The notes below the pieces were generated by a model. That model did no database searches, was not told the origin of the DNA, and worked only from the letters and a program-made list of their open reading frames with translations. This document shows, piece by piece, positions 50,201-50,471 of a DNA stretch of 64,000 nt. Position 1 is the first letter of the stretch, and every line of letters begins with the position of its first letter. The translations under genes were made by a program, and so were the position numbers. Source of the DNA: Candidatus Hydrothermarchaeales archaeon (GTDB taxonomy: Archaea; Hydrothermarchaeota; Hydrothermarchaeia; Hydrothermarchaeales; JAZGAD01); the NCBI GenBank assembly GCA_036444275.1, contig JAZGAD010000014.1, positions 8,131-72,130 on the forward strand, in the 5' to 3' direction.

Positions 50201-50459
50201 CTACTTCGTCAACTTCAGGCCTTTGTTGCATTCGCCCCACAAGATCCCTGAAGCGGAGCTCGAGACATACAAGAAATATGATGCGAGGTTACGAAAATGC
50301 GAGCTAATAATAGATGATATGAAAGCGAAAGGGATAGATACTTTCGACCTCGACCTCGAACTCAAGCTCGCGAATGACAAGCTCAAGCAGGGTGCGTTTA
50401 GGATGGCCGAGATCTACGTGGAGTCATTGGAGGGCAACGTGGAAAGGCAGATGAGGTAA
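17223..50459 (+). CDS. Giant (11,078 aa) membrane-anchored surface protein with C-terminal cytoplasmic HerA/FtsK-like ATPase domain
   Basis: Single uninterrupted ORF of 33,234 nt plus TAA. N-terminal hydrophobic signal/anchor ILAAWILPFILALAIFSSLL. About 23 kb of repeated beta-sandwich-like modules saturated with N-x-S/T. CARDB-like domains, poly-Gly, Cys-knot and one TM helix. Walker A GATGSGKS and Walker B VLIVMDEVH in the last ~380 aa. Confidence 0.9.
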   Translation: MKFKPPSRILAAWILPFILALAIFSSLLQPSSSITILNPNAHPKLGDNWSIHFSTTGSGILEIYDHSFPEEVEFIGLYAEIDDEYKKVQVSIKGDLITANWHYSSGEAIFKVLTPQEHSLEFRFGEQVVYAYNFADLLINLTAPSQVARGQVIEIGGEARNHDLADVSLIYVLPQGFEVVSGEKVKHCGTGYLCESSLVVDTSKAKLGEGVIKLQGCAYGVCESESINIFVDRVLTEKGEPVQEEVEVGKPVRWRQHIQVRNPLHAPVFNYSLPLPEDASGIAAPVIEEVKPGQKLGFDVIFYTGPVEVEEEDRNISLRSLIPKNALNIKIDGKVADAGALDIEIPAKLVRVKHNASLHYRDIPVSIGVSTKEVTVFYDANAGVLDVNSGQLEVVEGEVLGDQLTWVVPKLSEKRYWIAQVQRTQGKAEVNKTVGWTLKAGGTVVEYETPAPVMEEIPVENGTQMRVKSDVKYSNVTATASVPEGKNRTLRVNGKGEFKFADVPSFEVEATETGHALYWLNGSVELFNESRDVTSDSAHSVSFFDANGNGVNDSVTWNIPTLLEQNYLLQETAKVAEIRARVEDAKGYRLPVAPEIRLVDGKYKVTIPQGRGVKPGLYKLVVESEAGVEELWFKWGLISINTKKSMYHPGEEAEILMVVLDKEGHLVSNADVSFVVTNPIGVPTFFTTDDGSIVETQRGIYEASYLTFLESNYSLFATASADGVASTINSYFTVKEYYEFDILRDTPVTIDPQRGPFDSSIKVVSYTDASTFTLREYLPAEFSIVDAGGAKVTVVNDTKVLEWSDITNGSKVSYKFNTPYIWPYLYMMGPAEVEYASGTFIEARPWMLAVDPSTCEGNTCYEWFEDTPGYSASDGSTETYEWTPQSCPGTLNCYIQNITVKFRFTNPFSAIRTGFEIYFSNMSGGTTYYYPAYHGALSAGGQVGPQWACNYTDSAQPSGYLNNTCNLAPSDGFNKTTHNVTLVAPGKTLTDVLNIKYKWVWTPAMPQLSDVTVTPSSAGWGALRNFSAFYTDPQGDAGNVTLFAKTSTSGSFTSKNLTAITNGTTASIFYRFDITDFEALGVGWEYRLNASDNNTPPNSYLTSSYTFTVTKDATTFQNTEGDGAVINRSDSLPNNTVPLWSYIYDMENESLARANSAAGKIEGRIWINKNASAGYVGTDAHSAETDSDGKFKGTTELFNASGYFNPGCTYTTGQHVWYAETLAHTNYTQNDTLAINSGNNYTLYIWGTLSNSITSPDPPGKEYTVGENVPLYGTVYDDCSVLVTDANVTFRVYNATLGVDDNLTASYNPPQNRYEASWNSTGNSTGIYQVEMISNKSYHPVDTAQTNFTLVELITLNWTVVQGNGSISNRTGEEINTLVVRITDDATNPVTNENATLWITYDGTNSIQKITNESNSSGYLVYDFNATCDLDVGEQEWKLVMQDTTEFQNPNSWDDGNEYYTDIWGTTTLDFAYPIAGIYDMGGLIRHEGYVYDDCGSELDGATVNFTIVGPSTSPSPYYCENVEAPLAGLYKCNSTAGEGWDSSGMDEGWYNSTINVSKSYHYNNSVIKTNGTQSLFNLRLTPPDLFDADVQPRKDGWGKNYTFAVNITYAAGKNVSVLLYYQPQLMEEELLASTGNFTLPSYTYAVNFTDQTFNSTLVDKTVKFRYEIKYYPPGLGEQSVWTTITETGDYNQSNTTGVDDNEFYLEKDDVLLNYSAGNESTASLQVEATFVLRIWDITRGVWINATSTSVKFNVTKNWPSSENVTVNTTTTNATGYAFTDFLPDTSYSSGLQKWFGYIPDTDPYYKFNVSDIFDVNLSIHPPQLVNASVDKTTAGWGVNRTFSVEVTDTVDNATVSLWKTDTSGFVADTNWTFIAAKNYTDVGNWTQLNFTTSFSPSDIGGWYYKFNASDIAGNTNYTSESSYTFTVDKDDVILEYVQGDDSPANRSDNQIDRLIVKVKDENGSYIGNLSVTFKVTFDGSIYDTGTANNTNTSGYAIYNFNPGCSSPKYGVGVQNWTAVSSETNAYKSNSSSIYNLTIWGDNVITFDRPAPYPTGYYAVGDRVPFRVLIKDECGDELGKNEDSDKEVKFYAIGPDTSPQTYDCGTVSSSLTGLYECESAAGGWNTTGKSAGDYNATADVSLAYYYINNSINNRIVPERDNLTLASGSGWFRLYVPSQPPDLTAADVNPRKDGWGKNRTFSVNVTSPKSGKNITVVLEVKKSGEDYAQIGDAQNWTSGGTGSSKILEWNVSFYPANVSVLPYKFKFTATDEDLEEDVTNIPAEYTNTTPLEGIDENEFKIEKDDVLLNYTAGNGSLVNLQVEATFVLRIWDITRGVWVNTTSASVKFNVTKNWPSSENVTVNTTATNATGHAFTDFLPDTSYSSGLQKWFGYISDTDPYYKFNVSDIFDVNLSIHPPQLVNASVDKETAGWGVNRTFSIEVRDTVDNATLSLWRSSQIVGQPWYLIAEKNYTDVGNWVQLNFTTSFSPSLIDTWYYKFNASDIAGNTNSTDVVSTRNFTIDKDDVILEYVQGDDSTANRSGNQIDPLIVKVRDENGSYVGNLSVTFKVTYDGSNYDSGTPKDTNGSGYAIYNFDPVCTPTKYQVGVQNWTAEVLETNAYKSNSSSIYNLTVRAEFNNTITKPPGNENYTLGDTLTFQAVIRDDCNDNLDGVTANFYASNATVEYDCGNVTLILSGTGIYECTWASGLAEEGWYNVTLNTTLGNYHYYSDTTKYDQPGLFYLLFKEQPPDLNSANVTPRKDGWSLNRTFTVNVTSPKNGKNVTVWLELKKGGGSYNPEGDEQNWTSGGPGSFSILEWNISFSSTDVDLWFFKFQAKDADGVTDTTSLTESGDYVNDTNEFNVEKDDVNISYIYGNETEIATLSNPSTFILKICDEDANTCNLTPSAKVKFNVTKDGIGTDYYAARGTDGNDYNYTNGTGHVVFEFLPDTSWNSTKQSWIGYVVDDYYNFTTSGTYNVTVDLNKNPDILNETVNGVTEDAKQGWGFVFNFSVMVKDDKNTNTTVELWVDTANTTGSTYKKVNETLCESCGSDWKEINLTVRFNSSDIGPASYYFKAIDNTSNPNQTTSHAFTIEEDEVTFEVSPGSNGTNVIVNRSAAQGNLRLAVRLRDENTSYVGANASTTLYVTTSGSTFDSGRDIDTNASGYVNYDFLPTCSNPEYEVGLHNWYVKVKDSDSLYQPNQSEYYVFRVIGTLSNTITEPLGSPTYNQWQTILLEGNVYNYCGEGIEINNTLAGENLTFTLINGTNNYTCTDIVKSGVNTYKCYWAPFASNAIRGWYNLNMFSNKSGYYANETTRLNSFYLQTPPKLEDAKVDPTDEGWGYTFNFSVNVTDNIDDNVTVTFYDKRSGDESWTLVSEQNWTADGTTGRLYWNKSYASTYAGETMYFKFDADDTEGFDDTIGGVGESWEFKLRKDDVELLYIQGNESVVDRLGAQTTRFILYANDTDRAAQAYPPAATVYFNVTKDWENYTAATNLTGQNYNYTNASGYVTLDFNATCEQNVGKQKWIGYILNDDAYKDNVSAEFNVTVVGDLINNITQPDGEEYNQTDPVPLRGRVTDECGNSILGINDTVTFTVSNGTANYLCTPVEDQGNGYYNCTFDTNLSMAPGWYNITMNSSAGDNYNNATLTKQAFRLTPGNVEPYLSDAQVTPASEGWGITRNFSVEVMDLNSDDVNVILFLSPDGTNWVEIGNDTCPGCSNWQTLTFPYSFSRENYSTNNTWQFRFNASDGNVTVTLSNTTGAILERDNVSVVLDQGDGAIVNRSGDQTVSPILRLQVVDNDNSSITVAADVTGRFYVTVDNSSWGSAINKNTTTGGNLSLDFNPNCTSPKYYTGVQQWRGETNGDFYYDDNSSINYTLYIYGELIATIDQPNGTQTYAPGQNVTMEFNVVDECGDNVTGMTPQNFTVNLTHSNYSDLCTNIQVVGNGSYNCTWNSSGAVGGNYTIAIDLGKDYYNSNSTTRQDAFSINVAPTLENVGVDPTSNYWGTTFTFNVTVTDEDDTVTLKLWHRCISSLGTSDSCDSIRDWTQVDTTETCPDCTAELRQFTNTTGDTSVGIWEWFINATDQDGNEVNTTPENYTVTKRGVIISYNNKGNNSWVNRSDNNVTVLEVRMRDAENPTGWLTSSDGNGFYRVTTNGSNWGPNMTGAQLDSQGRLKGPGGADFEFDPTCTSPTYQTGEQKWSAVFNGTKKYYYNESANYTLYIRDYLINNITYPDGEPFDKNTYMDLNGTVVDSCGGVDNSTANVVFGFIRNLTGASVPPSCGAPTNPSGGNYTCNESLANDNFGYYHVWMNTTVNDYPYHPNITLYREFVFKVAATPELKDPVVAPTLQGWGYNFAFNVSYRDNEDLSGENNNISLYKAYNQSGPWYLIETKNEDYWTTTFKNITYYSTFNKSDLDNATAADGVIYFFFNATDTNSFTDNTTVKNFTIERDNVTVVATSGEGENVTRLGSGTILLQVQINDNDTAGQPAVAGANGSIFIIGVNKTTNITDASGYLSYNLNPGCSPLYPAGLNYWTGGIDGDAYYFDRNSSPNSNFTVIGQLYNNLTEPLQPTYNVTENITIKFYVTTDCSGEGNQTVSGRTITLIHNQSGANSSCGTINYNPADATYNCTWDPTGKPEGNYTIIINTSNQSFNSVSATWTNRFELINQPPVVDAVNLTVDPDEGGWGATYLYKVFVEDPEGDDVTCTLYVNTTGSWVEKGSNTTTGGVGNCSVTVDGFNKSDYDYNVTQANPISFMFEINDTGSNEPFNTSDTVGQVYQPALQEDNIQIIHIQGNNSEVNRSGVQATTFILLVNDLDKGTYLSNPNVTVKFNITTDGSNYQLDGSNFTNSTGYAIYNFDPNGTYDVGVQNWTAFVEGDTYYANNASAVFNVTIYGIFETLDAGPFNFSSNTFDKTYPRGENVTIRGNVTDDNSTLVSGATVNFTLVRNGVYYGCMPPIANGEGNGSYNCTFETGGKPAGWYNLSMNVTKGDFYYENTTIFEEFLFVETSPVLTNPQLNTSKNGDNIGGWGEKFNFSVVVTDEDGDTVYAVLWTRRNASYSWTEIENKSCTNCNNTVVYHEETGAYSCNKFDDSDLGTWEFKWNATDVASYPSTGDGDVYTNETVNESYTVEKDNVSVTLVSGNNETVWRNGSDSETLTVLVYDIDKEENPTTQAKGAIWVTTTTFNGSLEGTSYVSVFNDYANPSGQLTKNFDPSCSYEVGWQHWIGGTYGSECYMDANSTQGPFNLTMKSYLEGVVQNVNQTPPYYEVSEKINITFYVNDDCEGTYGGMGGADVIKLNLSSGGWSNEYTTGFIDYGNGTYVYEWDSAVGVYGWYNTSLELNQSYYYNKTGGDDNVTFDREELFYLDTRPLLQTAAVNQTDNGWGETWKFTVECKDSDGDPANLTLWKRLQDSPASEWEYVDSQTCSNTGFELKTFIETFNYTDITPAGNVTNYKFNISDPYDYGSELIGPEDITVEPDDIGYTTVVGDEEGVDRLGNDTVRLAILVVDQDRGNTPVLEGTGMTFNITSDYVTYDTIYPATVNSTGWMNLDFNATCTHLAGQQKWIGDEADYRYKGIPFGAFDVFVTGQLYTDLITPPDGQPYNVSDPVPTNLSVFTDCAPEGNVTGATVTIGFSPNETSWENFTATDGGDGYYNVTWDSTGNIEANWSIIANASLSNYTDNVTKWSSRFELINQPPVVDAVNLTVDPEEEGWGATYIYTVFVDDPEGDDVTCTLYVNTTGSWVEKGSNTTTGGVGNCSVTVSGFNKSDYDYNLSNPISFMFEINDTGSGEPFNTSDKVGAIYAPSFQEDNVSITYYGGDNGTTITRKLQSATFIFNTTDTDSGGVAYNASGAVWVTKTGSSDWDSGTSDTTNASGYLIVEIAPGCDYDTGVRNVMGGINDTYYEDVNTTESLMITLTGGMSLQAWSQNESDDQDQTIYRDDNLTIKANITDECGAQVDGVNVTFTLSNGSQNFTCSVNNESNGIYNCTIETNSTMSAGWYNMTLNSTKQNFAPNTTLFKNFLFIETEPVLTGAVVNSSQNGDNTGGWGETFTFNVTASDEDGDNMTVCLYLSKNGESFWQEYCNSTVNGINQLVSRDRIFPDDSWMGNWEFKWNVTDDGDDPITGDTKYNDTTLNISFIVERDDLSILEEDGDEATVSRLGDNKTLLNVSIRDIDKLENVSGFQDLLTKAYVTLDNYTWDWGKTKSVSGDYRYIEFNPNCSYSVGEQKWKFVTGDITEYKPTESDNYTLYITSILVPNLTEPQGGIYIKDSQDVIINATVEDYDTDCDPVDDSTVNFTFTNLDGTKYYAETTTPTVTSLGEGNYTYNLTAARNDGMKYGWYNVTVHANRSYYSNDEVVNYTVYKAFKLTSIPKFDPEDIVFTVPSGSGYYWGEPWTISVNIRDYDNDNVNVTLYKRKVGETSWDYLNDSLCDNDCQNTKTISFVQNFSCADRGDIEWNVTLTDLNNFTVSTTENQSINKDLSYVTHEFGGGETVNRTGLNKLPMIVRVADKTRGYVLVGSGVNGSFYITNGTDNVWAERYTNQTNTSSRLTLFFDPTENYTLGNQYWDGGVEGDNCYTNKNISTGNQTFNIKGQLLINMEQPTTNVTPVIVNDNVTIRFNVTTDAAWEGYQNETTSVDVQLSRDGSSVACTYGPYNEGNGSYNCTWVTVTLDGGMWNMTITVSKSPNYNTNVTLFENWFNLSNTKPNATDINVTPSTGGWGRNFTYRVFVNDSQQANVTCALYTNTTGDFVYKGNDTVAGGLGNCTINVTFSPDDITPSAEFYFVIDDGTEGNKFNTSTQTGPIIERDNITIAFVYNSTDEVNRSGTNSITFIFFVNDTDRQEGAYTPNATVGLYVTTDGENYSLANTSYTNSSGYVTFVFDPDDTYNAGVQDWKANVTGDYAYKDASTGVFNVRIWGDLGYQFEQPLGERIMRGQNVTVRLNVTDERATPVLISNASVEILLTSNRTGDDFTCQVENETSPAGIYNCTFLTNSSVPTGAYNITLTAKKSYYNNISTDIEYVFGVSSFFLETKPALESPTVVSRMANGSIGDGGWGEDWTFSVNVTDIDLDNVTVKLWLNLTGTWSDEGTAYVVGENQTVSFTFNDTDNVITSSHIGNRSFKFNITDSRFANETDIVNFTVYRDDVGFAVVSGNGSANRSSRPSFLLRVQMWDADTGDPVGTFRNARFYYTKDGNTSNYYTYSTNTGPGGEYAENTLDLSSIVKSCAYTIGPQYWFVDYNYDLASDSELKETNSTLYNWTLITDPLVVSIVSPVDEESRLKGVDSVNLTGRVTDDCVSELGGVENATVVFKIVGLSTTDTFTDVTNGSDGWYNYTINDTSGYQYGKYNVTMNVSKQYYNSTVEVEVDAFALASVPEVSGLDAEDDPSVNSYATESSWGEVWVFSATVKDADYGNGNVTLWVNNSGSWIPQNSTLRSFTSAGIGVSFKEYSLFTGDDVGVQYFKFNATDNYNYTDEKMANVTVNPDDLYIDYVSGGGDTVNREGSGTVRFIVTAYDKDRIMYLGAGRNGSFWVTTTGVVSGPRDSGTVNYTNGSGYLILDFDPDSNVHGVGTQYLDGGIYGDSWYVDRNLSQDDVTNYPVTIVGQLKVNLEQPYDPSGQYEAIVTDNITIRFNVSTDNTSMGPASDLQADATTSVEIIDFDGNVLPSACSSAGEGNGWYNCTWDTSIGGLLEGNYSIRINSSFTPNYNPNSTTYINLTRLINTEPNGTIANTTLNVTPPAGGWGENFTFTVNVSDTQGDNVTCILFVTTDNGTTWMTKGEKLITDTKPENKKICEINTTFTSDDITYSNNATFKFQLNDSTEGNIYNTTNGSGPVIEPDNVTVSYVFGGLRVNRTSDGSSSVPLILRIYDNDTEGYVPQGVNGTIWITVNGSDYDPGNSNLTNDSGYLIYNFTPSCSNYDLGVQYWIGGATDPAYERKNTTQNFTFEIQGVLETAITAPTGQPRYLKGSQNATLKGTVKECSADPNVDDANVTFKLTAKLTNQTYQCTGTLLSTGTYKCDLDFAAMDAGWYDVKMNSSKAYNYNDSVTSTDVFFVVSKPELSDANVTNRTGGWGERFTFTVNLTDEDEDNVTVGLYLNKDESWELKNSTSVIGNGSNQTVTLTYAGFTLSDMGVWEFYLNATDNSTCSPFCPNTVTTPVDNFTVEEDDVRFEVVAGDGEMVWRNGSASATRTLEVQVFDDDRNVSIDGPKLNFWITVNGTDWRLEQGGEGGDSNGYVDINFKPTCANGYQVGIQDWKVETTGTTLDYYKAVNSTNYSIKVQGELNLSILIPKYPSSYLAGTSVPLSGKVIDDCGADMDNTSTSVTYTFKRGGSEYSNSTTIYVGNGTYNSSWDNPPTVYGYYNLTMTVSKSYYGINSTKELNATFISSKPWLDDDTADLDFESGGDGGWGEDFTFSVQVFDNDLNEVNVSLWKRQQLEDGNWSNWSLIDSAMKNDTQWTYFTTSFTSSDMGLNSWKFIAVDTWNYTNETTVKNFTILPNDIEIKQYAEPGAVGRLLSPQTLGVKFKDSDRNEYTNGINGTIYITEKGYDTDHNWTYECVSENVGIFNGVCAVEYPPNCTSTIGIQNWIVELTDPRYKTPINYTKNITVKGQLNTTILTPSEDNTSVNRNTSVVLKVNVSDECKNTIDTAQVSWKNETEDEIAINDTKDGINGTYIATWNISGTYKLGPETIYATASSVDNYYDANFDTNYSDNIGVLVYGWSYIKTMSPANGTEVRAGNNQQVTCTVYDNSTGQSISDYNVSFYVDGVYRNSTTTVGATATWTWYVNTSHGNKNVSCDITDDSELYYNITSPNENSTIIKVDRPLLIDSISVSPDSIWRNDSFWPTKPIETTITVHVWDADLGNAVNATVWFNISDEINNISWSQTNSTGYANITYNPPYNLTPGMHPIRINATPANESLIAASATNLTEVQVRGVLNVNITAPPDPLLEFSFKKSETIWLNATVTSENGDVVNATVKWFNVSTVNIGLNDTNETMWDPDLLAQQDTGEDLLINATAYKDYYDTNSGYLFINITGTANVSWVSPTQGQQYPNPFNLTCNVTDSVSGAIISGYNVSFWYKYPNENFTYNGTIPTDSEGNATYIWTPPKPGEPYMTFMCNISDYTEENYKASDDKNSSSMNIPVTDMTPPFFDTFLVTPNESIEAWETINITVNVTDDKGINVVYVQIGEYNGTLQNYTMNNLTPVEPDEPAIYFYNYTPEWGGDYNATIYAEDTSARNNGNWSHTEYFTIWGKADGVTDNTPPPPSQVALYNIYYDRGQTFNLTINFTNNGDGTAYAVNLTIYDNQPTLVINYTPNYKYPNYMQLYDVNAGVTNLTEVNVTIPAATTARTIYIYGNVTWRNPDKTINSSIAQTVVLVYENPVLNVTDDSYQPELQLEDVRHGDKKEGTVIVQSIGNANIRNINISRDDGALDNLGTDCPYCNVTFNDDTVYSIPSLPLGVTSTVTVVVDVPFGQAPMSYTSHIKTISENAAAKTILMNVTVAGNATWYAETSYADPSTLGNITAFHPNQSGYTKGTMGKITLTNIGNVRISYAITVPHKNTEMNGTTIEVNGQYPPDPVSIPEPYLQPAGTKRTLEINYTIPTTADRGLYCKNIMIDVTKAEPVKVEDAKPFSLNIPFCLEVTDPKYNWSHSKTNISMEVIQGTDGFLGTLNITNLGNVEFYLEVNKSVEIIAVSNLTLGLGVNKTQEVSLNYSAPVTHELKNYTYYFKTVNASGEPTERITYINLTVQPYFINITQPTKDAQKKGVFGGDEILIRVNVTYNGTAVNDTGDMNWIVTLFNSTYSKDYTPSAPLDEVYDNVTEQFNLTILVPNIAQRAYDLKVTATYSPKNLVLADVENDAIVYNDTIDPVLNLVVPGEVTVGQSVEILLNVTDAGSINESTVSANITDPNQITFDLNMSSIDKQGDTYRYNNVSIPTLEGTYTIDVTACDVSGRCASNSTSFNAYIKVDINGTAKDSTSQLAEVSFKFYDNGTTNLAPNGSFSNNVTEGYSRTFYARFYDLEISAFGHVIKFENLNVSDHLNDPIRLDEFKEGDISENNLNLPLGRRLLKGIGVKTNFTNLTTEKVTLILNYSGTVPNDEDSIKIYRCPGSSWTFEPDSARGCTNWEELGGTPYKPAQTIQFEVENFSAYAITEEKPTVPQITLTAPTGGETWADNQSITYTYYDPNGNNLDVYIWYSNDSGATWNYIYNKTYTDTGTQKTGSYSWDTTSRPDGSYLINITVTDTDGMTNEDISGASFTIDNIDDDPPTVTLTKEPSDSTCSQDLFFEGKAIDARSNISAVEYRVDGGSWINATPIDGAFDSLEEEFNFTTGTLSFESHAIEIRANDSSGTSGYSTPLYKPKEVTRACQEIKIPSGGGGGGGGGGGISPTCGNGICQPGENSENCPLDCAPTNATNASVIMQREIERLREQLEEIRQTISDTANETAERVRTMPTISPFTIQTNLAEVELHPGEEKWYSIWISNHLSRDQKARLSAMGVGAQFIEMYVDSVKLFTEATVTLKPESTQHIKVRVYSLPTTIPSIYTADILLRVNGQNHTIPVTITITPEREALLDVKVEALTKRLTPGKLIKYHVSLYNLGFKKKFDVHMVYKIKDVETEKLIDWYEEELALETTLSFVKTYPMENLTLSIGSYFIEIEAIYEKNRTASAADIFEIVQPFWNRTRRLGVLALILLITASAAGYRARKWYLAQKLAKARYLFPVAEDKLPKGELWLGKIAETDIKATFDMDDLMVHCITAGATGSGKSVSAMVIVEEVLKQNIPVIVFDPTAQWTGFVRPCRAEKMLAFYPNFGLKETDARPFKGMIFEVTDPFEMADIDYRKYMNPGEVTIFALDKLEPQEFDKAVKNIIDALFKISWEESPHLKVLIVMDEVHRLLEKYLSMGGIVSELEGYKSIEKACREFRKWGIGIIMASQILSDFKETLRGNVMTEIQLFTKAEEDRQRVADKYGAEYAQRITKQEVGVALVQNPKYNDGKPYFVNFRPLLHSPHKIPEAELETYKKYDARLRKCELIIDDMKAKGIDTFDLDLELKLANDKLKQGAFRMAEIYVESLEGNVERQMR
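22341..23340 (+). repeat. Copy 1 of a ~1-kb near-identical intragenic duplication (offset 1,782 bp)
   Basis: gagaaggatgatgttctcctgaatta at 22341 matches 24123. The ~140-aa core LQVEATFVLRIWDITRGVW...AGWGVNRTFS..DTVDNAT.SLW differs at ~11 residues by my count. The antisense ORFs 22146..22685 and 24000..24467 begin with the same 33 residues. Confidence 0.9.
24123..25116 (+). repeat. Copy 2 of the ~1-kb near-identical intragenic duplication
   Basis: See copy 1. The offset shrinks from 1,782 to 1,776 bp at the distal end through in-frame indels. Confidence 0.9.
31200..31580 (+). repeat. Copy 1 of a ~380-bp near-identical segment (offset 3,081 bp)
   Basis: RFELINQPPVVDAVNLTVDPDEGGWGATYLYKVFVEDPEGDDVTCTLYVNTTGSWVEKGSNTTTGGVGNCSVTVDGFNKSDYDYN... 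recurs at 34281 with few substitutions and one 9-nt indel. Confidence 0.9.
34281..34652 (+). repeat. Copy 2 of the ~380-bp near-identical segment
   Basis: RFELINQPPVVDAVNLTVDPEEEGWGATYIYTVFVDDPEGDDVTCTLYVNTTGSWVEKGSNTTTGGVGNCSVTVSGFNKSDYDYN... Confidence 0.9.
48339..48440 (+). other. Poly-Gly run (33 nt) followed by Cys-knot motif CGNGICQPGENSENCPLDC
   Basis: ggc gga ggt ggc ggt gga ggt ggc ggt gga ggc at 48339-48371. Four Cys fall within 19 aa at 48384-48440. Confidence 0.9.
49270..49320 (+). other. Single C-terminal transmembrane helix of the giant protein
   Basis: RRLGVLALILLITASAAGYRARKWY: a hydrophobic 17-18 aa stretch flanked by basic residues. It is the only strong hydrophobic helix after the N-terminal one. 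Confidence 0.75.
49321..50456 (+). other. Cytoplasmic HerA/FtsK-clade (DUF87-like) P-loop ATPase domain
   Basis: HCITAGATGSGKSVSAMVIVEEVLKQNIPVIVFDPTAQW (Walker A at 49488-49511). LKVLIVMDEVHRLL (Walker B, ~49866-49898). ACREFRKWGIGIIMASQILSDF resembles the EGRK.G.G..L.SQRPS segment of HerA-like ATPases. Confidence 0.7.
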
Positions 50460-50471
50460 TTAAAGAAACAG

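Noticed and set aside
49338-50240. 300-aa antisense ORF opposite the ATPase domain of the giant protein.
   Set aside because: The sense frame carries clear Walker A/B and HerA-like motifs. The antisense product has no recognisable features.
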